Shown: positions 50,126-62,287, counted from the stretch's first letter. The stretch: DNA of 64,000 nucleotides from an uncultured bacterium (GCA_963822585.1 CAWGIE010000047.1:145896-209895), one strand, 5' to 3'. Numbers and translations: made by a program. Notes: a model not told the origin generated them from the letters alone.

Positions 50126-50398
50126 ATGAAAGAGAAATTCAAAGATCCGGTTTGCCGGCCTGCCGGCGGCGGTGATCGGAGGAGGAAATTCGGGGATGCA
50201 GACGGCCCTGGAACTGGCGGACCTGGACTGTTCGGTCAGCCTGCTCTCCCGGGGCCGGCTGACCGGCGACCCGGCCTCGGTCGAGAAGGTAAAAACATCG
50301 GCAAAAGGATCATCATCGCTTCCGGGGAGGGAGCGAAAGCCGCCCTGGCGGCGAGCCGGTATCTTGCCGCCAGCGGGAAAAACGATAAGGAGGAGTGA
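50126..50398 (+). pseudogene. Chimeric remnant: YHS N-terminus + thioredoxin reductase/AhpF fragments
   Basis: MKEKFKDPVC; VIGGGNSGMQTALEL (other frame); IIIASGEGAKAAL C-terminus. Confidence 0.7.
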
Positions 50399-50793
50399 TG
50401 ACAGACTACGGGTTCAGTAAGGTCCTTAACCTTCCCTTCGCCGAAGCCGAAGAAGCGGTTACACAGGCGCTGAAAAATGAGGGATTCGGGATTCTCACCC
50501 GGATCGATCTGAGGGAGAAGTTTAAGAAAAAGCTGGGGATCGATTTTAAAAAGTACGTGATCCTGGGAGCATGCAACCCCGCCAACGCCCGGAAGGCGAT
50601 CCAGGCCGAAGAGGAGATCGGACTTCTCCTCCCCTGCAACGTTATCCTGTATGAGAAGGCCGGCGGGACCGCGGTCTCCTTCATCCGGGCCGCCGCGGTC
50701 ATGAAGATGATCGATAATCCCGAACTGCGGGAGGTCGCCTCGGACGTGGAGAGCCAGTTAAAGAGGGCGTTCGACTCCCTGGACGGGCGATGA
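50398..50793 (+). CDS. DUF302 domain protein
   Basis: EGFGILTRID...YVILGACNP...IGLLLPCNV. Confidence 0.9.
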   Translation: MTDYGFSKVLNLPFAEAEEAVTQALKNEGFGILTRIDLREKFKKKLGIDFKKYVILGACNPANARKAIQAEEEIGLLLPCNVILYEKAGGTAVSFIRAAAVMKMIDNPELREVASDVESQLKRAFDSLDGR

Positions 50794-50839
50794 ACGAGAC
50801 TCCCGGCCGGAAAAGAAATGTTACGGGGAATGACCGCTG

Positions 50840-51604
50840 ATGATAAGTGAGTTCATAATTTTCATCGCGGCTCTGATCCTCTTCTTCAGTCTGGAAGAAG
50901 TTTTTCCCTATGTCGGAGGCCGGTCCCACCGCTTCCGGCACGCCATCCCCAATCTTGCCCTGGCCGCGATCGGCGCGGTGGCGGGAGGGCTGGCCGCGAG
51001 CAAACTCGTCACCAGCAGCGTCCACTGGGCGCAATGCTGCCCGTTCGGGCTCCTGAACACGGCCGGGTTGCCGCCGCTTCTGGCCGTTTTGGCGGCTTTC
51101 GTTCTTTTCGATCTCTGGATGTATATCTGGCATAGAGCCGTTCACGGGGTCCCCTTTCTCTGGCGGCTCCATCGGGTCCACCACGCCGACGTCGCGATGG
51201 ATACCACCACCGCCCTCCGCTTCCATCCGATCGAAGTCGCCGCGGCCGCTTTTCTTCGGGTGGGCATCCTGGTCCTGCTGGGGATGAGTGTGACGCAGTT
51301 ATTCATTTACGTGTTAATATTCCACCCCGTCATTCTCTTTCACCACAGCAACATCGCGCTGCCGGAGAAGTGGGACCGGCGGCTCCGGTTTCTGATCGTC
51401 ACCCCGAACATGCACCGTGTTCATCACTCCGTGGAATGGAAGGAGACCAACTCCAATTTCGGCAGTGTCTTTTCCTTCTGGGACCGCCTGATCCGGAGCT
51501 TTAAAGAAAGAAAAAACACCCGGGAGATCACCTACGGGCTGAGGAATTTTCGGGAAAAGAAATGGCAGACCCTGGGAGGGATGTTGATCAATCCGTTTCA
51601 ATGA
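50840..51604 (+). CDS. Sterol desaturase/fatty acid hydroxylase family protein
   Basis: His boxes YIWHRAVH, LHRVHH, FHHSN and HRVHH; NSNFG. Confidence 0.9.
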   Translation: MISEFIIFIAALILFFSLEEVFPYVGGRSHRFRHAIPNLALAAIGAVAGGLAASKLVTSSVHWAQCCPFGLLNTAGLPPLLAVLAAFVLFDLWMYIWHRAVHGVPFLWRLHRVHHADVAMDTTTALRFHPIEVAAAAFLRVGILVLLGMSVTQLFIYVLIFHPVILFHHSNIALPEKWDRRLRFLIVTPNMHRVHHSVEWKETNSNFGSVFSFWDRLIRSFKERKNTREITYGLRNFREKKWQTLGGMLINPFQ

Positions 51605-51877
51605 GATCATAACCGGCAGAGTTTGACCGTTCCCGGCCCCGGCGCGGCCGCCGGCCGATCTGCGCGTGTCTGCTTGGAATACGATGGTACTGTCAAAAAT
51701 TTTATGAAAGAATGAATTCGGTAAAGGGGAACTGAATATCCAAGGGGGAACTGAATATCCAATATTCAAAAAGGGGGAGTGCCGAGGAATGGTCCTAGCC
51801 CGCTCCAGAGAAGACAAATAGATACAAAACAAACGGAAAGTTTTGACAGAACCAATGCGATCGGAAGGAGGGGGCTA

Positions 51878-54061
<2,184 letters not shown>

Positions 54062-54085
54062 CTCCAGCGCCTCAGGAGGTGAGCT

Positions 54086-54400
54086 ATGGTCAAAAAAGTG
54101 TTCATTCTAATTGCGAATTTAATGGCGGGAGCGTCGTCTGCTTTCGCTCACGGCGATGAGGGGGGAGAGATGATGGGTGGGGGACATATGATGGATTTCA
54201 GCCAGGGAGGTATGACCATGTGGTTAATCGTGATAATCCTGATCGGGATCATTGTGTATTTCATTCTTCAAAAAGGGCGCGTTAAAGGGAATGACGGATC
54301 ATCCCCGGAAACCCCGTTGGAGATAATAAAAAAGCGTTATGCCAAAGGTGAAATATCGAAAGATGAATTTGAAAAATTAAAAAAAGATTTAGAGGGATAA
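54086..54400 (+). CDS. SHOCT domain membrane protein
   Basis: PLEIIKKRYAKGEISKDEFE; MMGG motifs. Confidence 0.85.
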   Translation: MVKKVFILIANLMAGASSAFAHGDEGGEMMGGGHMMDFSQGGMTMWLIVIILIGIIVYFILQKGRVKGNDGSSPETPLEIIKKRYAKGEISKDEFEKLKKDLEG

Positions 54401-54427
54401 ACAGGCTGAAATAAAAGGGGGAAAAAG

Positions 54428-54823
54428 ATGCTGAGAATTAAAGCCTATTTCACCTGTCTGGCCGCCTTCATCTTGATCGCGATCGGGTCCGTCGGCCCGG
54501 CTCCCTGTTCCGGAGCAGAACCGGGTCTCTCCGGTGAAGTGAAGGACGGGGTGCGGGTGGTGAAGATGGAGGCGTTCCGGTACGGCTACCGGCCCGACCC
54601 GGTGGTGGTGAACGCGGGGGAGAAGGTGAGGTTGCTGGTGACCGCCCTCGACGTGATGCATGGTTTCGGGATTGCGGAACTGGGGATCAACCGGAAGCTT
54701 CCCCCGAAAGAGGAGACGACCATCGAATTCACCGCCCCCGCCGCCGGAACCTACACCATCGAGTGTACGGTATTTTGCGGGCCGGGGCATGGAGGAATGG
54801 AAGGGCGATTGGTGGTCCGATGA
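54428..54823 (+). CDS. Exported CuA-type cupredoxin
   Basis: DVMHGF...CTVFCGPGHGGM. Confidence 0.85.
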   Translation: MLRIKAYFTCLAAFILIAIGSVGPAPCSGAEPGLSGEVKDGVRVVKMEAFRYGYRPDPVVVNAGEKVRLLVTALDVMHGFGIAELGINRKLPPKEETTIEFTAPAAGTYTIECTVFCGPGHGGMEGRLVVR

Positions 54824-55581
54824 ATACCCTGCAGAAAATCTGGCGGCGGGATATCAAGCTGTACATGATCGTATTTCTCTCCCTCCTGGCCCTCTGGGGC
54901 ATGGTCGCCTCCGCGGGTTTCGCGGGAGCCCTGCTCCGCCTCCTGGCCGCGGTGGGAACGGCCGCCCTGCTCGACCTGGGAATCCATTATTTTCAAAAAA
55001 AGAAATGGCTCCTCCCGAAAAGCGCGATTATCTCCGGCCTTTTGATCGGTTCCATCATTTCGCCCCGGGCCCCGGCCTGGTTGGTAATCATCGCCGCCGC
55101 CGCGGCCATCGGCTCCAAGCATCTGATCAGGATCCGGGGACGCCATATCTTCAATCCGGCTATCTTCGGTCTTCTTTTCGTTTCCGTTTTTTTCTCCGCT
55201 CCCCTGGCCTGGTGGGGGTCGAGCAATCTCTGGGTGGTCCTGATCTTCGGCGCGGTGATCGCGGCTAAATTAAAACGTTTTCACCTCCTTTTCGCCTACG
55301 CCATCCCTTTCGCCCTCCTCATGGGGATCTACGCCCTGGCCAACCAGTTCCCGGTGCTGCCTCAGGTCATGTTTTTGAATTTTTATTTCCTGGTTTTCAT
55401 GGTCGTCGAGCCGAAGACGTCTCCAATGAAAAGAAAAGGCCGGCTCATCTATGGGGCCCTGGCGGCGGCAGCGACCTTTATCTACTTCCTGGCCGTTCCC
55501 CAGCTCGGGGCCTCGATCTTTGCCCTGGTTACCGCCGACCTGGCAGTACCCTTCTTAAACCGATGGGAGAGTAAAAAATGA
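54820..55581 (+). CDS. RnfD/NqrB-like membrane protein (short form)
   Basis: SKHL....HIFNPA and FM..EPKTSP; ATGA-coupled to the cupredoxin gene. Confidence 0.75.
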   Translation: MNTLQKIWRRDIKLYMIVFLSLLALWGMVASAGFAGALLRLLAAVGTAALLDLGIHYFQKKKWLLPKSAIISGLLIGSIISPRAPAWLVIIAAAAAIGSKHLIRIRGRHIFNPAIFGLLFVSVFFSAPLAWWGSSNLWVVLIFGAVIAAKLKRFHLLFAYAIPFALLMGIYALANQFPVLPQVMFLNFYFLVFMVVEPKTSPMKRKGRLIYGALAAAATFIYFLAVPQLGASIFALVTADLAVPFLNRWESKK

Positions 55582-56018
55582 AGAGAAGCGATACCGACAG
55601 GAAGTGTGCTTTCTGCCGGCGACTCACCCTGGTCTTCGCCGCCGGCGCCCTGGGAGGGCTGGCTAACGGCTTTACGGTCTGGCTCTTCGGGGTTTTCGGG
55701 ATCACCGCCGCTTTGGGGGTGAAGATCGCCCCCGTCTGGACGCCGCCCTGGATTTATTCCCGGATCGTCTGGGGAGGGATCTGGGGGGTTCTTTTTCTCC
55801 TCCCGGTCCTGAAACCGTATCCCTTCCGCCGGGGATTGCTCTTCAGCCTCGGCCCGACACTGGTCCAGCTCCTGATCGTTTTCCCGGTCAAGGCGCACAA
55901 GGGCGTGCTGGGCCTGGAGCTGGGGGCGCTGACGCCGCTCTTCGTGCTTTTTTTCAACGCGATCTGGGGGGCGGCCGCCGCCGGCTGGCTGCGCCTGATC
56001 GGCGATGATCCCCGCTGA
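55578..56018 (+). CDS. Four-TM membrane protein
   Basis: WIYSRIVWGGIWG...PTLVQL..VFP...N.IWG; coupled to the upstream gene. Confidence 0.75.
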   Translation: MKRSDTDRKCAFCRRLTLVFAAGALGGLANGFTVWLFGVFGITAALGVKIAPVWTPPWIYSRIVWGGIWGVLFLLPVLKPYPFRRGLLFSLGPTLVQLLIVFPVKAHKGVLGLELGALTPLFVLFFNAIWGAAAAGWLRLIGDDPR

Positions 56019-56098
56019 CCGGTCTCCGGCCGGGAAGGCGAGGCGCAAGGCGGTCGGGTGAAGATTTAATCCTTGTCATGGTTCAAAACCAACCCGAT

Positions 56099-56290
56099 TT
56101 ATTCTTCGATGGTGATCGCGTTCGCCGGGCACTCTTCGGCCGCCCGGCGGCAGTCATCCTCGGCGCCTTCCGGAACCGGATCGGCGTAAGCGACGGAGTG
56201 ATCGTCTTCCATCCTGAAGACTTCCGGACAGGTCTGGGTACAGAGGGTGCAGCCGATACAGCTTTCATCAACGACGGCTTTCATGGTCAT
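56099..56290 (-). CDS. Monocluster ferredoxin
   Basis: CIGCTLC...CPEVF...AAEECPANAI. Confidence 0.9.
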   Translation of the reverse strand: MTMKAVVDESCIGCTLCTQTCPEVFRMEDDHSVAYADPVPEGAEDDCRRAAEECPANAITIEE

Positions 56291-56331
56291 TTCCCTTATG
56301 TAGTTTCAGTTTTTTTCCCTGGTCTTGATTT

Positions 56332-56931
56332 TTAGTTGCCTTCTTTCAGCATCGGGCAGCCCGTCATTCCCTTGGTCTGGGAAGAAGGAACTTCTTCAAT
56401 CGTCCCGCAGGCGATCCGGGCTCCGCCATTCCCGGCCGGGTCGGTCAGGTAATCGTCGGGATTGATATGAATGACCACGGACGTCCCCCCTTCCTGAAAA
56501 AGGGAGTTCTTTTCTCCTTTTTTCAGGGTCACCCGGTTGGTGATAACCTGGAAGTCGGCGGTGCCGTCCTCGCCGACCGTGAAATTGGGGAGATCGCCGG
56601 CGTGAGGACCCGCCGGATTCAGGAACCCGTGTTTGGCTCCATAAGGATTGAAATGTCCGCCGACGCTTTTGAAGTCGGGGGGCTGACAGTCCCCGCTCCC
56701 ATGAATGTGCAGGGCGTGAGTCCCGGCGGGAAGACCGTCGATCCGGACGGTCAGGCGGACCCCTTGAGCGGTTTCTTCGAACCAGACGGTCCCCACGATA
56801 TCACCTTTCGGGTTGTGAAGAATGGCTTTGGCTTGCGGGGTTTCTTCACCCCCTACTCCGGGGGAAGAAAAAGCGAACAGACCCAGCAGGCCCCCGGCGA
56901 TCAGAGAAAAAGCGGTCATCTTCCCTTTCAT
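56332..56931 (-). CDS. sodC: Periplasmic Cu/Zn superoxide dismutase
   Basis: HALHIH, GGHFNP, HAGDLPN, VIH...DD and GN.G.RIACG; signal peptide. Confidence 0.95.
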   Translation of the reverse strand: MKGKMTAFSLIAGGLLGLFAFSSPGVGGEETPQAKAILHNPKGDIVGTVWFEETAQGVRLTVRIDGLPAGTHALHIHGSGDCQPPDFKSVGGHFNPYGAKHGFLNPAGPHAGDLPNFTVGEDGTADFQVITNRVTLKKGEKNSLFQEGGTSVVIHINPDDYLTDPAGNGGARIACGTIEEVPSSQTKGMTGCPMLKEGN

Positions 56932-56983
56932 TTTCTGCCTCCGTGGATATATATCCCCGTTATTTATTTTGAATCGTCCCGGC

Positions 56984-57532
56984 TCAGGAAAAGGTGCGGA
57001 ACTTATCCCGGGTCGCCCCGCAGACGGGACATTTTTCGGGGATCTCTCCTTCGGCGGTATACCCGCAGACCGAGCAGATCTGAACCGGGCCCAGCGTGAT
57101 ATCCTTGCCGGAATCGACCGACTGCTTGGCTTCCTGATACATGGCGGCGTGGATCTTTTCCGCCGAGATCGCGTAATGGATGCTGCGCTGGGCGCCTTTC
57201 TCTTCCTGCATCTCGGCCACCGCCCGGTAGGCCGGGTACATTTCGGTGATCTCGAAGGTCTCCCCGTTGATCGCCCCCTGGAGATTTTCCGCGGTGGTCC
57301 CGACCCCGAAACCGGCCATCGAGGCGACCAGGAAGTCTCCGGTGACGTCGGCCATGGCGTTGAAGTGATTGGTGGCATGGACCTGTTCGGCGAACGAGAT
57401 CGCCCGGAAGAGACGGGCCACGGTGGGGAACCCGTCTTCTTCCGCCTTATCCCCCCAGCGGATGTAGCGCATGTGGGCCATCGATTCGCCGCCATAGGCG
57501 CTGCGCAGATTGGCCGCCGTCATTTTATGCAT
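56984..57532 (-). CDS. rbr: Rubrerythrin
   Basis: GES.A..RY, AE..HA, GE.FE...MYP, AE..H and CSVCG...CPVCG. Confidence 0.92.
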   Translation of the reverse strand: MHKMTAANLRSAYGGESMAHMRYIRWGDKAEEDGFPTVARLFRAISFAEQVHATNHFNAMADVTGDFLVASMAGFGVGTTAENLQGAINGETFEITEMYPAYRAVAEMQEEKGAQRSIHYAISAEKIHAAMYQEAKQSVDSGKDITLGPVQICSVCGYTAEGEIPEKCPVCGATRDKFRTFS

Positions 57533-57617
57533 TCGAGACCTCCTTTTGTTGGTTATTCGGACAGATTCCAAGTCAAATTCTATTCGAGAAATCGTATTCC
57601 TTTGAGAAAACTAATGA

Positions 57618-57720
57618 AACCACGAAGGACACGAAGATCACGAAGGTTATTTGAGAAATGAGTTGAATCGTATTTTCCCTTAACTATTCTTCGTGAACTT
57701 CGTGACCTTCGTGGTGAATC
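57618..57720. repeat. Inverted CACGAAG nonamer repeat (copy 2)
   Basis: Same layout as 34870-34971. Confidence 0.75.
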
Positions 57721-57771
57721 ACTTCGTTGGGCCAGGTAAGATTTTAAATTACCTTTTCGTGTAAGACCCGG

Positions 57772-58080
57772 TTAATTCCCCGGGGATTTTTCCAGAACCA
57801 CCCCTTCCTTCTTCATCTTTTCCAGGTAGGGAGCCGGATCGCTCAGGAAGGTGTCTTTACAGCTCTGACAGCAGAAGTAGATCCGGTTTCCCTCGTAATC
57901 GAGAAAGATATCCCGGTTCACTTTCCCGCCCATCACCGGGCAGATGGTCTGGGGGATGCCGGATTTCACTTGGGCGGTACAGCTCGTCGCTTGACCGCCG
58001 CCGCAAGCGGCTTGAGCCGGAACCGTCAATAAGAAGGTTAATGCCAATCCCATCACTGTACCTTTCACTATCTTCATCAT
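57772..58080 (-). CDS. Exported YHS domain protein
   Basis: CPVMGG...YEG.RIYFCC..C...F..DP..Y. Confidence 0.85.
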   Translation of the reverse strand: MMKIVKGTVMGLALTFLLTVPAQAACGGGQATSCTAQVKSGIPQTICPVMGGKVNRDIFLDYEGNRIYFCCQSCKDTFLSDPAPYLEKMKKEGVVLEKSPGN

Positions 58081-58234
58081 CTGCCTCCGTATGCTTTTTT
58101 AACCACAAGTTAGTGCCTCCGGCGCAACTTGTAGTGTAAAGTGTAATGTTTAAAGTGTAATGAAACTTTCCACTTTATACCTTACACTCCACACTACGTT
58201 ATTAAAATTCCGAAACAGGGACAGTAGCGATCGA

Positions 58235-58750
58235 TTAAACGTTCTTAACGGCCGCGATCACTTCGTCGTAGTCGGGCTCGTCGGCCACTTCCTTCACCAG
58301 CTGCTTGTAGCGGATCACTCCGTCCCGGTCGACAATCCAGACCGCCCGGGCCAGGAGCCGCAGATCCTTGATCAGGACACCATAGGCGCGGCCGAAATCG
58401 GCCAGCCGGTAATCGGAAAGAGCCCGGATATTGGCGATCCCGGCTTCTTTCAACCAGCGTTCCTGGGCGAAGGGCAGATCCATGCTGATCAGGACGGCGT
58501 TGACCCCGCCACCCAGTTTCTTCAGCTCCCGGCTGAAGCGTTTGCTCTCCTTCGAACAGACCGACGTATCGAGGGAGGGGACCGTGATCAGGAGAGTGAC
58601 CCCTTTTCTGATCTCACTGAACTTGATCGGCTTGAGTTCGCTGTCCGTCACTTCGAAGTCGGGGGCCTTTTCCCCGACCTCGACCGTGTTTCCGATCAGG
58701 GTCAGAGGCTGTCCGTCCATGGTTATCGTTCCGGCTTTCTCATTCATCAT
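58235..58750 (-). CDS. tpx: Thiol peroxidase Tpx family
   Basis: VGEKAPDF, VPSLDTSVC, SMDLPFAQ.RW, LSDYR...FG..YG and EPDY. Confidence 0.9.
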   Translation of the reverse strand: MMNEKAGTITMDGQPLTLIGNTVEVGEKAPDFEVTDSELKPIKFSEIRKGVTLLITVPSLDTSVCSKESKRFSRELKKLGGGVNAVLISMDLPFAQERWLKEAGIANIRALSDYRLADFGRAYGVLIKDLRLLARAVWIVDRDGVIRYKQLVKEVADEPDYDEVIAAVKNV

Positions 58751-58835
58751 GTTCTCCTGGTTTTTATACCCGCGATTAATCCGATGAAACGCTGCCATCA
58801 TTATATTCCCCCGGAGAAAGACCAAGGGGCGGACT

Positions 58836-58858
58836 CTCCTTTTTATTGACTTTTTTCT
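58836..58858 (-). promoter_or_regulatory. Shared 23-bp operator-like motif (copy 3)
   Basis: Minus strand AGAAAAAAGTCAATAAAAAGGAG, then 10 nt, TTGGTC and a TATAAT further downstream. Confidence 0.65.
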
Positions 58859-58914
58859 CCCCGGGATCGTTCTGTTGTCGAATATATCTTCTGGGAAGTC
58901 CCGGCCGGTTCCCG

Positions 58915-61374
58915 TTACTTCCGGTGGCGTCTCAATAAAAGTCCGGAATGCTTCCGGTCGAAAATCCGGTAGGCCAGCAATTTTACCCGGTCGTTGATAA
59001 TGAACCAGACCAGGGCGTATCCCCAGACGAAGGCGGCCCATTTCCAGCCCAGGGCGGGCATGAAGATCCCGAAGACCGCGACAAGCGTCGCGATGAGCTG
59101 TGCCCCCCCCGCCGCGGCGAGGAGGATCCCCGCGGGCCGGATGGACCAGAAGGGCCCGCGTGTCCGGGTGACGAAGATGGTCAGCATCCCGGCCACGGAG
59201 AGCTTCAGGTAGATGAGGGTCTGGATCATCTCCCTGCTCATATGGAAGACGCGTTCCCCGAGGTAGAAGATGCCGAAAGAAGCGACCACCCCGATGCTCC
59301 CGAGTGTCGTTGCGATCCCCAGCACCAACGGCATGTTCCACGCCTCGGGACACTTCGATTCGACCGTCCGGTCGAAGGCGATGGAGATGATCGCTCCGTC
59401 GTTGAGGAGAGCCAGGAGCACGATCATCACCGCGGTGACCGGGTAGAAGTTGAATACCAGAATGGAGAGAGTCATCAGGAACAGCACCCGGATCGTCTCG
59501 GCGATCCGGTAGGTCGCGTAGCTGGTCATGCGCTGGAAAATCTTGCGGCTCTCCCGCACCGCGTCGACGATCACGGAGAGCCCTTGCGCCAGGAGGACGA
59601 TCCCCGCCGCCGCGCGGGCGGCGTCGGTGGCGCCGGAGACGGCGATGCCGACGTCCGCCTTCTTCAGCGCGGGGGCGTCGTTGACCCCGTCGCCGGTCAT
59701 GCCCACGATATGTTTCCGGTTCTGCAGGACTTCGACGATGTGGTATTTGTGTTCGGGATAGACCTGGGCGAAGCCGTCGGCCTTTTCGATGGCCGCGGCG
59801 ACCCGACCTCCTTCGTGATGCTTTGTTTTTCCGAACATTTCCGCGTCCAGGATGTTGGTCCCCAGGCCGATCTGCTGGGCGGTCTCCTTGGCGATCGCCA
59901 TCTGATCGCCGGTGAGCATCTTCACGTGGACGCCCATTTTCTGGGCGTTGCTGATCGTATCCCGGGAATCTTCCCGGGGCGGATCGTAGAGGGGGATCAC
60001 GCCCAGAAAACGCCATTTTCCGTCCCCGCCGGACCGGGCGACGCCCAGGGAACGGAATCCGCGGGCGGCAAACTCCTCCACTTTTTTTTCGATCCGCGCC
60101 TTTTCCTCCCCGCTGACGTCGGAGAGCTTCAAAATCACCTGGGCCGCGCCCTTCGTCACCCTGAATTCGTTTCCGTCCGGCCCCTTGACGGTGGCTTCGC
60201 TTCTCTTGTCAACCGGGTTGAAGGGGAGGAAATGAACGACCCGGTACGTATCCAGGCGCTGATCTTTTTTAACCCCGCCGAGCACCGTCAGGTCGATCGC
60301 ATCCTGATCCTCGGCCCGCGAGGCGAGGGCGGCGCTGAGAATGACCTGGTCGGGGTTGTCCCCTTCAACGCTGAAGGGCTCGCCCAGTTTGAGCTTGTTC
60401 TGGGTCAAGGTCCCGGTCTTGTCGGAACAGAGGACGTCGATCCCGGCCAGCTCCTCGATGCTGGCCAGGCGGGTGACGACCGCTTCCTTCAGGGCCAGGA
60501 TCCGGGCCCCGACCGCCATCGTCACCGACAAGACCGTCGGCATCGCCACCGGGATGGCCGCCACCGTCATCACCAGGACGAACTCGAGCGTGGTCAGCAT
60601 CGGGTCGCCCCGGAAGAGTGCCACCCCCAGAATCACGGCGACCAGGACCATGGCCAGGACGATCAGGTAATCGCCGATCTTGAGGACCGCCCGCTGGAAA
60701 TGACTGATGGTGTGGGCCTCCTCCGCCAGTTCGGCGGTCCGGCCGAAGTAGGTATCTTTCCCGGTGCCGTAGACCAGGGCGTCGACCTCCCCGCGCTTGA
60801 TAATCGATCCGGAGTAGACGGCTTCATCGCGGCCGCGGGTCACCGGCAGGGATTCTCCGGTCAGGGCCGACTGGTCCACTTCCACCGGATCGCCGTTGAG
60901 CAGTTTGGCGTCCGCCGGCACGATATCGCCGAGGCGGAGCCGGATGATATCGCCGGGGACCAGTTCCCGGGCGGGGATGGATTGCCAGGTGCCTCCTCTT
61001 CTGACCTTCGCTTGTCGGGCCAGCTTCTTCTTCAGGCTCTCCACGATGTTCCCGGCCTGGTATTCTTCCCAGAAACCGACCACGGCGTTCACCACCAGGA
61101 GGATGAGGATGATGACGAAGTCGGCCCAGTGGCCGACGACGGCCGAAAGGATCACCGCCACCTCGATCATCCAGGGTATCGGCCCCCAGAAGTAGCCTAA
61201 AAACCTGAGCAGGGGATTCACCCTTTTTTCCGAGATCTCGTTGGGGCCGTATTCCGCCAGGCGATTCTTCGCTTTTTCCGGAGAGAGACCCTCCGCCCCG
61301 GTGGATAGTTTCTTCATCAGGTCGTCGACCGGAATTTTTTCCATCTCCTTCGCTTTCAGCATCGTATTCATCAT
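58915..61374 (-). CDS. Plasma-membrane-type proton-efflux P-type ATPase (P3A)
   Basis: GPIPWMIE, IPVAMPTVLSVTMAVGA, SDKTGTLT, DPPR, TGDGVNDAP and ALLND. Confidence 0.92.
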   Translation of the reverse strand: MMNTMLKAKEMEKIPVDDLMKKLSTGAEGLSPEKAKNRLAEYGPNEISEKRVNPLLRFLGYFWGPIPWMIEVAVILSAVVGHWADFVIILILLVVNAVVGFWEEYQAGNIVESLKKKLARQAKVRRGGTWQSIPARELVPGDIIRLRLGDIVPADAKLLNGDPVEVDQSALTGESLPVTRGRDEAVYSGSIIKRGEVDALVYGTGKDTYFGRTAELAEEAHTISHFQRAVLKIGDYLIVLAMVLVAVILGVALFRGDPMLTTLEFVLVMTVAAIPVAMPTVLSVTMAVGARILALKEAVVTRLASIEELAGIDVLCSDKTGTLTQNKLKLGEPFSVEGDNPDQVILSAALASRAEDQDAIDLTVLGGVKKDQRLDTYRVVHFLPFNPVDKRSEATVKGPDGNEFRVTKGAAQVILKLSDVSGEEKARIEKKVEEFAARGFRSLGVARSGGDGKWRFLGVIPLYDPPREDSRDTISNAQKMGVHVKMLTGDQMAIAKETAQQIGLGTNILDAEMFGKTKHHEGGRVAAAIEKADGFAQVYPEHKYHIVEVLQNRKHIVGMTGDGVNDAPALKKADVGIAVSGATDAARAAAGIVLLAQGLSVIVDAVRESRKIFQRMTSYATYRIAETIRVLFLMTLSILVFNFYPVTAVMIVLLALLNDGAIISIAFDRTVESKCPEAWNMPLVLGIATTLGSIGVVASFGIFYLGERVFHMSREMIQTLIYLKLSVAGMLTIFVTRTRGPFWSIRPAGILLAAAGGAQLIATLVAVFGIFMPALGWKWAAFVWGYALVWFIINDRVKLLAYRIFDRKHSGLLLRRHRK

Positions 61375-61496
61375 CCCTCCTTCCTTTAATATCGAGACAG
61401 TACCGCTATAATCAGCATGTATTTTTGGTTTTTTCTTGGTGTCTTAGTGTCTTGGTGGCAAAACCTTGCTCAACCCGCACAAAATGAGAGAGTGTC

Positions 61497-62240
61497 TTAT
61501 TCTTTCAGCTCGTTTTCCAGAAACCGGAGAAACCGTTCCCAGGATTTTCTGTCCGCCTCCGCGTTATACCGTTCCCCGCCGAAAACGGTGAAGGCGTGAT
61601 CGGCGCCGCCGTAGAGGATCATCTCGTGAGCGATCCCGGCGGCTTTCAGTTCCCGGGCCAGCGCGCAGAATTGATCCAGCGGTACCGCCGAATCGCTGGT
61701 GCCGTGCATGATCAGTATTTTTCCCCGGGTTTTGGAATAGTCCTCGCCCTCCGGCGTGGCCAGGCCGCCGTGAAAGACAACGAACCCCTTCAGGTCGGCC
61801 CCGGCCCGCGCCAGTTCGAGAACCGCGGCGCCCCCGAAACAATAACCGGCGGCGACCCCGTTATCGACGTTCGCTCCCAGCGCCCGCGCTTTCTTGAGCG
61901 CCCCCCGCAGCAACGCGCGCATTTTTTCCCTGTCCCCGTAAAGCTCGCCGGTCAACCGGAGCTTATCCGCTGTTTCCGTGGGCCGGACACCGGCGCCGTA
62001 TAAATCCACGGCGAAAACGCTGTAGCCCAGCTTGGCGAGCATATGGGCCCGCTTGATTTCGTAATCCGTCAGTCCGTCCCAGCCGTGGACCAGGAGAATG
62101 AAGGGGGCGTCTTTGCCGGCGTCAAGATAATACCCTTGATACGGTTTGCCGTTCACCTGGTAGGTAACGGAGTGATCCGTTTCCCCGGCCGCGTACGCGG
62201 TCAGGGCCCAGAAGGCGGAAAGAGTGGCAATGTAACGCAT
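61497..62240 (-). CDS. Exported dienelactone hydrolase family protein
   Basis: GYCFGG, HG..D and YGGADHAFT. Confidence 0.9.
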   Translation of the reverse strand: MRYIATLSAFWALTAYAAGETDHSVTYQVNGKPYQGYYLDAGKDAPFILLVHGWDGLTDYEIKRAHMLAKLGYSVFAVDLYGAGVRPTETADKLRLTGELYGDREKMRALLRGALKKARALGANVDNGVAAGYCFGGAAVLELARAGADLKGFVVFHGGLATPEGEDYSKTRGKILIMHGTSDSAVPLDQFCALARELKAAGIAHEMILYGGADHAFTVFGGERYNAEADRKSWERFLRFLENELKE

Positions 62241-62287
62241 GGCTGGCACTCCTCTTATAAATTAGCTCGCTACGCTCGCAAATTTAT

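Noticed and set aside
58846..58852. TTGACT as a plus-strand sigma70 -35 box (also 62710)
   Set aside because: No properly spaced -10 element; it is better explained as part of the opposite-strand 23-bp motif.
56332..60016. Apparent long fusion ORFs 56332-57495 and 58235-60016
   Set aside because: The N-terminal parts are off-frame overlaps of rubrerythrin and the H+-ATPase; the real starts are 56931 (sodC) and 58750 (tpx).
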